Counted from the stretch's first letter, positions 30,905-41,373 are shown. The stretch is DNA of 64,000 nt from Candidatus Latescibacterota bacterium (GCA_963791045.1 CAWBQK010000001.1:64001-128000), one strand, 5' to 3'. Numbers and translations are program-made. The notes: generated by a model from the letters alone, not told the origin.

Positions 30905-31465
30905 ATGAAGAAACCCGCGCTGGCGCTTTTGGTACTTATATTTGCATTTCAGGCCCACTCGTGGGGGCCGGCGTGTTGGTTTGGGGCTGCCAACGCCAAC
31001 GCCCAGAGCGAGAAACCCATCCAGATAGCGATTCTCAACCCCGTCCAGATTTATGGGGAAGACATTTCGATCAAAGGATTCCGGCTCAATCTGATTTACG
31101 GAGCCAACGAGAATGTCACTGGGCTCGACTTAGGGATAGTAAACGCGGTCAACGGCGACATGGACGGCGTTCAGCTGGGCGTGTTTTCAACCGTCGAGGG
31201 CAACCTTCACGGCTGGCAGTGGAGCCTCGTCAACTGGGTCGAGGGGGACGGTGACGGCGTGCAACTGTCGTCGTTTTTTAACAACGCAGGGGGAATCGAG
31301 GGTCTGCAACTGGGCCTGATCAACAACGCAGGCACGTTGAACGGTGTCCAGATTGGAATTCTGAACATGGCGGACAAAGCGCATGGTCTCCAGATCGGGC
31401 TAGTCAACATTATAAAGAGCAAGGAGAAGCTCAAGTTCTTCCCCGTAGTAAACTGGTCATTCTAA
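30905..31465 (+). CDS. Secreted/outer-membrane GxQ-repeat protein (LA_2272-like)
   Basis: AGGAG RBS, signal peptide, G.Q.GL.N repeats, C-terminal VNWSF. Confidence 0.75.
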   Translation: MKKPALALLVLIFAFQAHSWGPACWFGAANANAQSEKPIQIAILNPVQIYGEDISIKGFRLNLIYGANENVTGLDLGIVNAVNGDMDGVQLGVFSTVEGNLHGWQWSLVNWVEGDGDGVQLSSFFNNAGGIEGLQLGLINNAGTLNGVQIGILNMADKAHGLQIGLVNIIKSKEKLKFFPVVNWSF

Positions 31466-31498
31466 CAGAACGCCGTTCGCCTCGCGCGGCATCCACAC

Positions 31499-31533
31499 AA
31501 AAAGCCCGGCGATCCAACGACCGCCGGGCTTCT
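31499..31533. terminator. Probable bidirectional terminator between convergent genes
   Basis: AAGCCCGGCG / CGCCGGGCTT stem with A/T flanks. Confidence 0.65.
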
Positions 31534-31553
31534 CGATTCTCCGATCTGACGCG

Positions 31554-34500
31554 CTATTTCAACAACATCATTTTGCGCGTGCCGACAAAATCGCCCGCCA
31601 CGATGCGATAAAAATACACACCGGTCGACACCGCCACGCCCTGATCGTTCTTTCCATCCCAGACAACCGTATTGATCCCCTGGACGCCCGGCCCATCGTG
31701 CAGCAGCCGCACTCGTGACCCATTCACATCAAAAACTTCAAGACGCGCCCGAACTTGACGTTCGAGCGTGAACCGAATGGTCGTTTCCGGGTTGAACGGG
31801 TTCGGGTAGTTGGGATCCAGTCGATTGAACATTCCATCGGCGGCAATACGCGGATCGATCCCCGTCACTATGTCGATCGGCCTCGGACCGACGCACACAT
31901 CGTCGATATATGCGCCCTCCGCAACATCCATATCGCCGTCACTATAAAATCTGAATCGAAGCCACAGATTCGATCCAGCTGTATATCCGGACAGGTCGTA
32001 CGAGTACTCGAGCCAGTCGTTCCCCACCACGAGCGCACCAAGCGCTCCCCCACTTCCCAGAAAATCGAGTGTCGTCCAGGCGGACCCGTCGTCGCTCACC
32101 TCGACATACACCCCATCCGAGCCGTATGTCGCAAACTCGTACCAGCACCAGAACGACAGCCGTGTGTCGACACCGATCACGACGGGACCGGTGACGAGCG
32201 TGTCCTCCATCGAGACGCCATATTCAAAAAGACCCTCCACGCCGTTGTACCAGCTCGTCGTGCCGGAATGGCTCCGGTTCGACGATCGATGCCACATGTC
32301 AGCGGTGCCATTGTGGGTCCAGTCGCCATCGCCCCCTTCGACGTCGTCGGCCAGACCGTGTCCGCCGATCGCTACCATCACCATGTCGTTAAATTGAAGG
32401 CCGCCCGCCGCTTCGATCAGAATGTCGATCTCGGCAATCATCGGGACCGGACACGCCGGATCGACAACAAGACCCGTGTGCGCGCACCTCGTCTCATCCG
32501 GCTCAACGCCTCCACAAACCGCCATCTCGGAGGCAAAACTCAGGTGCGGACTAGTCGTTGAAAACGTTACCGTCACGTCGCCGCCCGGATCGAACCCGGT
32601 GTTCTTGACGTAGACATTGAGGTCGGCCGTCTCCCCCGGATCGACAAAACCATCGCCATCGCCGCCAGTCAAATCGAGGACACCATACCCCGCGCAGACA
32701 AAAACCGACGTCGCGCCGGTCACGCCAATCTCACCCATCCACAAACCGGCGGCGGCGGAGATTTCGGTCTCAAAAAGTATGACGTCGCCGTTTTCGATTC
32801 CCGCAACGGTGTCGAACGCGAACGCCCCCGTGACACAAACCGAATCGCCGGCGGGTATCGTCCCCAACGAAACCGTGCTGTCGGTCAACGTAACGAGCGG
32901 GTTCCCGGTACGTATAACCGCCGCAACGCCGTATGCCGGCTGACTCCCATAATTCTTGAAGCACGCATCCACGGACACCACATCGTCCGGCGCCACAAAA
33001 CCGTCATCCGATCCGTTTGCGGAATACGATGAAAGCTGGACGAAAGGATCGGTGGATTGGAGAAACGCGAACGTCACATTCGGGATCATGTTCTTCGCCG
33101 TCGCCGTCACATACACAATCGAAGCGGGATTTGTGGTCGTGATCTCGAACTGCACGCAACCGTCGACGCCGGTCAATCCGGTCTCGTAGACACCCGCGTC
33201 ATCGAGCACACACACCAGTGCCCCTTCGACCGGGGTCCCATCGGCTGTTCTCGTAACCGTGACCGGGCACAACGCCGGCCCCAGCGGGAATAGCGAAGGG
33301 CACGACACGGTCATATCGCCCGGTGTGTCGGTCCATATGGGCATCTCGGGGTCGCCGAGGAGGTTGATTTCGAACTCGCACCACCTGTACACATTGGTCG
33401 TTTGGGCAAACGGTACATACACCGACTTCGCCGCGGCGAGTGTCTGTCCAATGTGTTCGATGCCCTCATCGAAGAGCATCCTGAAAAACTGTTGATCGAA
33501 ACGGTCCGAGTATCCGTAGAGCGGATTCCCCGGGCTTCCCCAGCCATAGCGCGAGTTCCCGATGAACGCGACACCACCGCCCCCAGCGTTTGTCACAAAA
33601 TGCTCGGCGATACAATCGTTGTCGATGGCCGCGGGGAAGCATCCAATCGAATAAAGAACCGACGGGCGTTCATCGTTGTTGAGCATATCCATATCAGTAA
33701 TACGCAGGTATTCGTGATGCCCCACTCCCATAACCGTCGTGTTGGCGTGCCCGTTATGATTGACAATGTTGGGGCCGGCATTGAGCGCGTTTATTGCCGT
33801 CGTGCGGTTCTCGTTTCCCAACGATTCGTATAGTTTTGTGATCGGGTCGAAACGGTCGGGTACATAGAGTTCGTCGATATAATTCAACCCCTCACCCGAA
33901 TCGGTATACGGGTCGTCCCAGAGAATCATGGCGAGAAAAAGTATATCGAGCTCGTGGCCGCAGGCAGGCGGCTTTTCATACGTATTCATTTTGCCGATCC
34001 AGTTCGCCGCCTCCGACGCGTTTTCCACGGGCGCGCGGCCGAGAAAAACTTCGGGGTACATATCGACACCGTCATCGACTTCGCCGTAGACCCCATTCCC
34101 GTTCGCGTTCCAGTCGCCATCGAGATCGGCATAGTAGAGATCGCAGGGAATCTCGTTACTCGACGCCGCGTACTCCGCATCCATCGCGTATGCCTTGCGC
34201 TCGGGAATGACATTGGTATCCCCCCCGAGAAGAACCCACACCGTCCCCCAGTTCGCGTACGCGTCTTTTATAAAATTCCGGATCTGATCCTGAACGTCCG
34301 TACCCGTGTAGTTCGCCGTGATGTACTGAACGGTTACGATTTCAGAAGACAGTCCCTTGAGAAGTTTCCACCGCGCGAACGGTTCGAACGCGGCTACCAT
34401 CGACTCATCGGTGATGATCACGTACAAATGCTCTTCATCGGGTAGAATCGGCGACGACCGTACCGGCCCCTCCGCGAACCGCCGCGTGGCGACGGGCCCG

Positions 34501-35150
34501 CCGGTCAGTGATTCCAGAGTCTTGCGGTGAAACGACTCGGCATATACTCCCCCATCGAAACTGACCGGTTTCTCAGGCGCATCGCCGAAAGTGATTTCAA
34601 CTTCAATTAGTGAGTAAAATGTGAGCTTTTTCTCGGTGTGAGAATATTGGACGGGGTAAATCGTGAAAGCCCCGACACCAAAACCGGAAGAGAACCCATC
34701 GCCACAGACCGCGGCGATTTCCCGAGGATACGAATGCGTTCTCGAGTAGGCGACCGGATCAGCATGATCGAACGAGATCGCTTTTTCTGAAAGCGGCTGG
34801 GGTTTCTGGCATGGAAACGGGGTAAATAAACCATCGAGACCGGCGCTCTCGACGCGAACGACCTCAACCCGCGCGATCATCTTGCCCGGCGGCAACGGAA
34901 TATGCACGAGCTTCACGGGGAGCTGCGGCGAACCGATCTCGTATGTCAGTTCCAGCGATGGATACCTGACGATATCGTACGCCCCCGACCTGCCGAGTTC
35001 GAGTTTGCCGGAATCAAAACGAAATACTTCACGGACGGTTTGCGACCGTGCATCGATCGGAATCAACGACGACACGATCACCGAGAGTGCGACGACCACA
35101 ATCGTCGCCAACACCGAGACGGAAACGTTTTTTTGACCGCTGCAAGACAT
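31554..35150 (-). CDS. Gingipain-like C25 cysteine peptidase with propeptide, Ig-like domains and FlgD/T9SS-like sorting domain
   Basis: GSPQLP propeptide, LLGGD, DLYYADLD, catalytic NHNGH and SIGC, LLGDP; C-terminus NYPNPFNPETTIRF...GVYFYRI...RKMMLLK. Confidence 0.9.
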   Translation of the reverse strand: MSCSGQKNVSVSVLATIVVVALSVIVSSLIPIDARSQTVREVFRFDSGKLELGRSGAYDIVRYPSLELTYEIGSPQLPVKLVHIPLPPGKMIARVEVVRVESAGLDGLFTPFPCQKPQPLSEKAISFDHADPVAYSRTHSYPREIAAVCGDGFSSGFGVGAFTIYPVQYSHTEKKLTFYSLIEVEITFGDAPEKPVSFDGGVYAESFHRKTLESLTGGPVATRRFAEGPVRSSPILPDEEHLYVIITDESMVAAFEPFARWKLLKGLSSEIVTVQYITANYTGTDVQDQIRNFIKDAYANWGTVWVLLGGDTNVIPERKAYAMDAEYAASSNEIPCDLYYADLDGDWNANGNGVYGEVDDGVDMYPEVFLGRAPVENASEAANWIGKMNTYEKPPACGHELDILFLAMILWDDPYTDSGEGLNYIDELYVPDRFDPITKLYESLGNENRTTAINALNAGPNIVNHNGHANTTVMGVGHHEYLRITDMDMLNNDERPSVLYSIGCFPAAIDNDCIAEHFVTNAGGGGVAFIGNSRYGWGSPGNPLYGYSDRFDQQFFRMLFDEGIEHIGQTLAAAKSVYVPFAQTTNVYRWCEFEINLLGDPEMPIWTDTPGDMTVSCPSLFPLGPALCPVTVTRTADGTPVEGALVCVLDDAGVYETGLTGVDGCVQFEITTTNPASIVYVTATAKNMIPNVTFAFLQSTDPFVQLSSYSANGSDDGFVAPDDVVSVDACFKNYGSQPAYGVAAVIRTGNPLVTLTDSTVSLGTIPAGDSVCVTGAFAFDTVAGIENGDVILFETEISAAAGLWMGEIGVTGATSVFVCAGYGVLDLTGGDGDGFVDPGETADLNVYVKNTGFDPGGDVTVTFSTTSPHLSFASEMAVCGGVEPDETRCAHTGLVVDPACPVPMIAEIDILIEAAGGLQFNDMVMVAIGGHGLADDVEGGDGDWTHNGTADMWHRSSNRSHSGTTSWYNGVEGLFEYGVSMEDTLVTGPVVIGVDTRLSFWCWYEFATYGSDGVYVEVSDDGSAWTTLDFLGSGGALGALVVGNDWLEYSYDLSGYTAGSNLWLRFRFYSDGDMDVAEGAYIDDVCVGPRPIDIVTGIDPRIAADGMFNRLDPNYPNPFNPETTIRFTLERQVRARLEVFDVNGSRVRLLHDGPGVQGINTVVWDGKNDQGVAVSTGVYFYRIVAGDFVGTRKMMLLK

Positions 35151-35265
35151 TAGCGCACACTCCTGTGCAAGGGGAGGTTACCGCGACATGCGTCCGACGG
35201 CGGGGGTACTATAATAGTAACGCTATTTGGGGATTTTTTCAGGTGAAATCTTGGCCGGACCGGCC

Positions 35266-36309
35266 TCAACGGATGAGCATCGCGTCGCCGTAACTGTAAA
35301 AACGGTACTTTTCTTCGACCGCGGCGTTGTAGCAGGCCAAGGTTTTGTCCGTCCCAAGGAAGGCGGAAACGAGGAGAAGCAGCGACGACTGCGGGAGATG
35401 GAAATTTGTGACGAGCCGGTCGACGCACCCGAACTCGTATCCCGGATAGATAAAGAGCCCAGTTTGTCCCACGTACTCCCTCGCCGCGTCGAACTTGTCG
35501 ATCAGCCCCCTGGTCATTACTGTTTCGAGAACTCGCGTCACCGTCGTCCCCACGGCTACGATATTCCGCCCCTGCTGCTTTGCCTCGGCAATTACTTGAA
35601 GCGTCGAACCGTCGATGGAATACATCTCCTTGTGGAGCTCGTTCATTTCCACTTCGTCATGCTCAAGCGGCAAAAATGTTCCGAGTCCGACATGGAGCGT
35701 GAGCGACACCACGCGTATTCCTTCCGATTCGAGAACCGACACGAGATCATTGGTGAAGTGCAACCCCGCCGTCGGCGCCGCCACCGACCCCCGGTCACTG
35801 GCAAAAACGGTCTGGTAACGTTCGTGATCGAGTTCGTCATCCGGACGCTGTATGTACGGCGGGAGCGGCACGTGGCCGATCTTGTCGAGAATCTCGCGCA
35901 ACTTGTGCTCCGACGCGACTTCAACAAGCACTTCCCGGTCCCCTTCGCGTGCCAGGACGCGCACCACGATTTCCCCGGTTTCGTCGGCCAGTTCATCACC
36001 GGGCCTGATCCTCCGCATCGGATTGGCCATCGCCGAAAAGCGCGTACACCCATGGACCTGAGTAACAAAAAACTCGAAGCGGCCGCCCGACGGCTTAAAC
36101 AGAAACATGCGGGCGGGAATAACGCGGGATCTATTCGTTACGACAACGTCGCCCGCCGACAAAAGACCGGGAAGATCGCGAAACACGGCGTTGTCACGAG
36201 TGCCCGTGCCGCGATCGATTACCATGAGCCGGCTCGCGCTTCTGTCCTTGAGCGGGCGCTGCGCGATAAGGGCCTTCGGGAGATTATAGTCGAATGATTC
36301 GAGCCGCAT
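35266..36309 (-). CDS. queA: SAM:tRNA ribosyltransferase-isomerase
   Basis: FDYNLPKALIAQ, PLPPYI, RYQTVFA, AAPTAGLHF, YRFYSYGDAM. Confidence 0.97.
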   Translation of the reverse strand: MRLESFDYNLPKALIAQRPLKDRSASRLMVIDRGTGTRDNAVFRDLPGLLSAGDVVVTNRSRVIPARMFLFKPSGGRFEFFVTQVHGCTRFSAMANPMRRIRPGDELADETGEIVVRVLAREGDREVLVEVASEHKLREILDKIGHVPLPPYIQRPDDELDHERYQTVFASDRGSVAAPTAGLHFTNDLVSVLESEGIRVVSLTLHVGLGTFLPLEHDEVEMNELHKEMYSIDGSTLQVIAEAKQQGRNIVAVGTTVTRVLETVMTRGLIDKFDAAREYVGQTGLFIYPGYEFGCVDRLVTNFHLPQSSLLLLVSAFLGTDKTLACYNAAVEEKYRFYSYGDAMLIR

Positions 36310-36311
36310 GT

Positions 36312-37337
36312 TTACAGGAGACGCGGATCGCCGGGGTCGGACAGTCCGGTGAGGCCAAGGTGAGTAAGCGCGAGTGGTGTCGTCATGCGTCCGCGTGATG
36401 TTCGTTTGAGGAAACCGGCCTGGATGAGAAACGGTTCGTAGACATCCTCGAGAGTTTCGGCTTCTTCGCTCACCGCGACGGCAAGCGAATTAATACCCAC
36501 GGGCCCGCCGGCGAATTTCTCGATGATATACGACAGGATGCGGCGGTCCATCTCATCGAGCCCCTTGTCGTCCACTTTCAACCGGCCCATCGCATAATCC
36601 GCCATCGAGGCGTCGATTGTCGATTTGCCGTCGACCTGGGCAAAATCCCTTATTCGCTTGAGAAGCCTGTTGGCAATTCGGGGGGTACCCCGCGAGCGCC
36701 GTGATATCTCCGACGCTCCATCGTCCGACACGCTTATGTTAAGAAGCCCGGCCGATCTAATGACTATTTTCTTGAGTTCTTCGGGGTCGTAGAAATCGAG
36801 GCGAAACACAACGCCGAACCTGTCGCGGAGTGGAGCGGTAAGCATCCCCACACGCGTCGTCGCGCCGACGAGAGTGAACGGCTCCAGGTTCAAAGAATAG
36901 TGCCGCGCGTTAGGGCCCTTGTCGACGATGAGCTCGCATCTCAAATCATCCATCGCCTGGTAGAGATGCTCTTCGAGAATCCGGGGCAGGCGGTGGATTT
37001 CATCTATAAAAATGACCTGGTTTCGCTCAACGTGGCTCAGCACACCGAGAAGTTCGGCGGAATTCTGGAACGCCGGTCCCGAAGTATGCTTTATCGGCAC
37101 ATCGAGTTCGTTGGCCACGATATGGGCGAGCGTCGTTTTGCCAAGCCCCGGCGGGCCGTAGAAGATCACGTGATCGAGCGCTTCTTCTCTTTGCCTGGCC
37201 GCTTTGATGAACACTTCGAGATTTGCCTTCAGTTCGGACTGGCCGACAAAATCATCGAGGGATTTTGGGCGCAGCAGCGCCTCGCTCTTGACGTCATCGA
37301 TCGAGGGCTTCGGACTTGTCACTCGTTCACCGCTCAC
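36312..37337 (-). CDS. ruvB: Holliday junction helicase RuvB
   Basis: LRPKSL, GPPGLGKTT, DEIHR, GATTR, RGTPRIANRLL. Confidence 0.97.
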   Translation of the reverse strand: MSGERVTSPKPSIDDVKSEALLRPKSLDDFVGQSELKANLEVFIKAARQREEALDHVIFYGPPGLGKTTLAHIVANELDVPIKHTSGPAFQNSAELLGVLSHVERNQVIFIDEIHRLPRILEEHLYQAMDDLRCELIVDKGPNARHYSLNLEPFTLVGATTRVGMLTAPLRDRFGVVFRLDFYDPEELKKIVIRSAGLLNISVSDDGASEISRRSRGTPRIANRLLKRIRDFAQVDGKSTIDASMADYAMGRLKVDDKGLDEMDRRILSYIIEKFAGGPVGINSLAVAVSEEAETLEDVYEPFLIQAGFLKRTSRGRMTTPLALTHLGLTGLSDPGDPRLL

Positions 37338-37365
37338 GTGTTGTTCACCTCGTATTGCCGCGTCG

Positions 37366-37956
37366 TCACGACGCGCTTGCGTGTCTGAGAGCTTCCCTGA
37401 CGATTGCTTCGACGCTGGTCATGTCTGATTCGGCCCAGTCGATCCTCTCGAGCAACTGTTGAACCGCCATCCGTGTCATGCCCAACGATGTCAGCGCGAG
37501 AATCGCTTCTTCCCTGACCGCCGGCGCGAGTTCCCCGGGACCCGCTTCGATCTCGACGTCTTTGAGCTTGTCTTTGAGCTCCATGATGAGCCGTTCGGCG
37601 GTTTTCTTGCCCAGCCCGGGAAGCCCGCACAAAAAGGCGGCGTCCTCGCCGCGAATCGCGCGGACGATATTCTCGGAGGGTTGTTCGCCCATTATCCCGA
37701 GGGCGATGCGCGGACCAATACCCGACACCTCGATGAGGCGCATAAAAAGGTCCCTGTCCTCCGTCTTCAAAAACCCAAACAAAGAAATCCGATCTTCACG
37801 AACATACATGTATGTGAAGAACGCAACCTCTCCGGCCGCCTGCGTGAGGGCGCCTCGATCCCGTTCGGTCACCAGAAGTTCAAAGCCGACCCCACCGACG
37901 TCAACCACACACACCGGCGTCGCCGATATCAAATTTCCTCTTAGACGCGAAATCAT
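37366..37956 (-). CDS. ruvA: Holliday junction branch migration protein RuvA
   Basis: MISRLRG, VGGVGF, VRED, VSGIGP, PGLGKKTAER. Confidence 0.96.
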   Translation of the reverse strand: MISRLRGNLISATPVCVVDVGGVGFELLVTERDRGALTQAAGEVAFFTYMYVREDRISLFGFLKTEDRDLFMRLIEVSGIGPRIALGIMGEQPSENIVRAIRGEDAAFLCGLPGLGKKTAERLIMELKDKLKDVEIEAGPGELAPAVREEAILALTSLGMTRMAVQQLLERIDWAESDMTSVEAIVREALRHASAS

Positions 37957-38441
37957 TTAGCCGCCCATTCCCTTTTTTTGAACGCGTGGCACAATGCGAT
38001 CGCCAGCGCGTCGGACTCATCTTCATTTTCAGGAGGATGATCGAGTTCGAGTATTTTCCCAAGCATAAAATTGACCTGCGACTTATCGGCCGCGCCGTGC
38101 CCCGTAACCGATTGTTTGACCTCGCGCGGCGGATATTCGCGGATGGGGAGTTCGGCGAGAGCCGCGGCGAGGATTGCCGCTCCCCGCGCTTCTCCCAGGA
38201 TGAGCGAGCTTCGGGCATTCTTTGCGTAAAAAATGTCTTCGATGGCGAAATGAGTGGGCGAGAATTCTTTAATGACCCCGTCGATCCTCTCGAAGATCAT
38301 CCGGAGCCTGGTGAAACGGTCCGCTGATTTTGGAAGCTTGATAAAACCCGAATCGATGTACTTGAAGCTCTCCGCCTCGGCGGAGATGATTCCATACCCT
38401 GTACAGTGGCTACCCGGATCGACACCCAGAATCCTGTACAT
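37953..38441 (-). CDS. ruvC: Crossover junction endodeoxyribonuclease RuvC
   Basis: ILGVDPG, AIEDIF, LGEARG, DALAIALCH. Confidence 0.96.
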   Translation of the reverse strand: MYRILGVDPGSHCTGYGIISAEAESFKYIDSGFIKLPKSADRFTRLRMIFERIDGVIKEFSPTHFAIEDIFYAKNARSSLILGEARGAAILAAALAELPIREYPPREVKQSVTGHGAADKSQVNFMLGKILELDHPPENEDESDALAIALCHAFKKREWAAK

Positions 38442-38477
38442 CGGTTCAATTCCTCCCAACGGTGCGGTGTGACGTCG

Positions 38478-39221
38478 TCAATCGCCCTGCAGAAAATCGG
38501 GGGGAACGTCGAAGTTCGCACTGACCTGTTGAACGTCTTCCAGGTCTTCGAGAACCTCCATAAGTTTGATGATCTTCTGGGCATCGTCGCCATTCAGTTC
38601 GACGAGGGTGCCTGGGATTTTTTGAAGCTCCGCGGACTGGTAAGCGATATTCGCGTCGGCGATCGCCAGGCGGACCACTTCAAAATCCGTCATTGCCGTC
38701 TGAATCTCGAAACCGTCGCCGGTATCACGAACATCTTCCGCGCCCGCTTCCAGGGCGACATCGAGAAGTTTCTCCTCGTCGCAATTCTCGCAGAGCACGA
38801 AAATGACGCCTTTCGTCTCGAAGTTCCACGAGACGCAACCGTTTTCACCGAGATTCCCATTGTGCTTGGTAAGCGCGTGCCGAACTTCTGCCGTCGTTCG
38901 GTTTCTGTTGTCGGTCAACGTATCGATCATGAGAGCAACGCCGTTGGGGCCGTAACCTTCATAGGTTATTTCCTCGTAGGCCGCCCCGCCCGCGTCACCG
39001 GAGCCTTTCTTAATTGCCCGCATAACATTGTCGTGGGGCATGTTGTTGTCTTTCGCCGTTTGCATGGCGAGCCGCAAACGGGCATTGCCCGCTGGATCGG
39101 GTCCACCCTGCCGTGCGGCGACGGTGATCTCGCGAATCAACCGGCCGAACAACTTACCGCGGGCGACGTCTTTGGCGCCCTTTTTCCTCTTGATCTGGGA
39201 CCACTTGGAGTGACCGGCCAT
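38478..39221 (-). CDS. yebC: YebC/PmpR family protein
   Basis: MAGHSKW, YEGYGP, TDNRNRT, DVQQV. Confidence 0.95.
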   Translation of the reverse strand: MAGHSKWSQIKRKKGAKDVARGKLFGRLIREITVAARQGGPDPAGNARLRLAMQTAKDNNMPHDNVMRAIKKGSGDAGGAAYEEITYEGYGPNGVALMIDTLTDNRNRTTAEVRHALTKHNGNLGENGCVSWNFETKGVIFVLCENCDEEKLLDVALEAGAEDVRDTGDGFEIQTAMTDFEVVRLAIADANIAYQSAELQKIPGTLVELNGDDAQKIIKLMEVLEDLEDVQQVSANFDVPPDFLQGD

Positions 39222-39238
39222 CTCGCTTTACCTCACAA

Positions 39239-41308
39239 CTACGCTTTTTCTTCTTTTTCCTTCTGCGCCTCTTCAACGATCTTCGCCGTCACGTCGTGCG
39301 GGACGGGATCGTAGTGCGAGAATTCCCGCTTGTGCGCCCCGCGACCCTGTGTCATAGAGCGGAGGTGTGTCGAGTACCGGTACAGTTCCGCCTGCGGGAC
39401 CAACGCGCGGATCACGCTGAACTTGCCCTGCGGATCCATTCCCTGAATCTTGCCGCGGCGGCCGCTGAGGTCACCCATCACATCACCCATAAATTCCTCG
39501 GGCACCTTGATCTCGACGATCATTATCGGCTCGAGGAGCACCATGCGTCCCTCTTTCGCCGCTTTTCTGAAAGCCATCGAGCCCGCCATCCTGAACGCAT
39601 TCTCCGAGGAGTCGACGGTGTGAAAGCTTCCGTCATAGATCGTCACTTTGGCGTCAACGACGGGGTATCCCGCCACGACGCCTTCCTGCATCGCCGCACG
39701 GACACCCTTCTCCACGGCGGGAATAAACTTGCCCGGAACGACACCGCCAACGATCGCGTCGACGAATTCGAAATCTTCACCGCGCGGCAGCGGTTCAAGC
39801 TTGAGCCAGACATCCCCGTACTGACCGCGGCCGCCCGTCTGCTTTTTGTACTTACCCTGTGCCTCCGCCGTCTTCGTGATCGCTTCTTTGTATGGAATAC
39901 GCGGTTTCGAAAGCAGCACGTCGACGCCGTAGCGTTTTTTCAACCGGTTGACGAGAATCTCGAGATGGAGTTCCCCCTGACCGGAGATGAGGGTTTGCCT
40001 TATTTCGGGCGCAACACGGACATCAAAGGTCGGGTCTTCTTCCTTGAGACGGTTGAGCCCCGCGCCGATCTTGTCCTCATCACCCTTACCGGCCCCCTGG
40101 ATCGCGGAAAAGATAGAAGGTGTCGGATAATTCGTCTTGGGAATAACTACGGTTTTTCCCTTTTCACAAAGTGTGTCTCCGACATGCGCCAGTTTGAGTT
40201 TTACCGCCGCTCCAAGGTCGCCGGCGACGATGGTGGCCGTCTCCGTCCGGTTTTTGCCCTGGAGATAGAAGAGCTGCCCGAGACGATCGGACGAGTTTTG
40301 TGTCGAATTGAAGACGTCCTTGCCGCCGGCAAGCTTTCCCTGGTAAACACGCAGGAACAACATGTCTCCAAGGTGATCCTCGGAAATGTTTTTGAATATC
40401 TTCGCTGCCGGTGGTTTGGCGGGATCAGCTTCCAGCGTATCTTCCGAATCGACGATCGGTTGGGCCCTCAATACCGGTGACGGCATCAGGTCCGCGATAC
40501 CTTCGAGAAACTGGGTCACGCCGACATTCTTCTCCGCCGACAAACAGAACACAGGGTAGACATCGCCCGCGGCAACCCCGGCGGCAAGACCCTGAAGGAG
40601 TTCCTCACGAGTCAACGAATCGGACTCGAGGTATTTTTCCATCAGCACTTCGTCGCTCTCGGCGGCCGACTCAAACAGTTCGCGGCGCATGGATTCGACC
40701 TTGTCCGCGAGATCCGCCGGAACATCGATTTCCTTGCCCTTACCATCCGCTCCGTACTCGTACGCCTTCCCGCTCAACAAGTCGACAACACCCTTGTACC
40801 CTTCGCCCGAACCGATAGGCAACTGAACCATCACCGCGGAACGCCCTGCCATCTCGACAATCTGTTCGACGCACTTGTCAAACGCGGCGTGCTCCTTGTC
40901 CATTTTGGTGACGCAGAAAATCGAGGGTAGCTTTCTATCCCGGACATAACCCCACACTTTTTCGGTGCCGACCTCGACACCGCCATCGGCGCGGATTATA
41001 ACAGCAGCACTTTCGACTACATCGAGCGCGCCTATGACCTCTCCAACAAAATCCTCGTAACCCGGGGTATCGATGATGTTGATTTTATGGTCTTTGAATT
41101 CGGCGAAGGCCAGCGATGCCTGGATCGAAATCTTGCGTTCGATTTCCTCCGGGGACGTATCCATCATTGTGTTTCCGTCATCAACGCTTCCCATCCGGGT
41201 CGTCGCCCCGGTATCGAACAGAATTGATTCCGCCAGCATGGTCTTGCCGGTGTCCTGGTGACCGACGAGGGCTATGTTTCTGATTTTGTCAGGAGTATAG
41301 TCCTTCAC
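39239..41308 (-). CDS. Elongation factor G paralog (EF-G2/FusA2-like, outside the str operon)
   Basis: GHQDTGKT, ERKISI, DTPG, TKMD, GQGELHL, KKQTGGRGQYG, LRSMTQGRG. Confidence 0.9.
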   Translation of the reverse strand: MKDYTPDKIRNIALVGHQDTGKTMLAESILFDTGATTRMGSVDDGNTMMDTSPEEIERKISIQASLAFAEFKDHKINIIDTPGYEDFVGEVIGALDVVESAAVIIRADGGVEVGTEKVWGYVRDRKLPSIFCVTKMDKEHAAFDKCVEQIVEMAGRSAVMVQLPIGSGEGYKGVVDLLSGKAYEYGADGKGKEIDVPADLADKVESMRRELFESAAESDEVLMEKYLESDSLTREELLQGLAAGVAAGDVYPVFCLSAEKNVGVTQFLEGIADLMPSPVLRAQPIVDSEDTLEADPAKPPAAKIFKNISEDHLGDMLFLRVYQGKLAGGKDVFNSTQNSSDRLGQLFYLQGKNRTETATIVAGDLGAAVKLKLAHVGDTLCEKGKTVVIPKTNYPTPSIFSAIQGAGKGDEDKIGAGLNRLKEEDPTFDVRVAPEIRQTLISGQGELHLEILVNRLKKRYGVDVLLSKPRIPYKEAITKTAEAQGKYKKQTGGRGQYGDVWLKLEPLPRGEDFEFVDAIVGGVVPGKFIPAVEKGVRAAMQEGVVAGYPVVDAKVTIYDGSFHTVDSSENAFRMAGSMAFRKAAKEGRMVLLEPIMIVEIKVPEEFMGDVMGDLSGRRGKIQGMDPQGKFSVIRALVPQAELYRYSTHLRSMTQGRGAHKREFSHYDPVPHDVTAKIVEEAQKEKEEKA

Positions 41309-41373
41309 AATTGTCCTCCTCTAAGTGACCTCCACCCCAAAAGATAGAGCGCAGATAATTTCTTTAAACGGGC

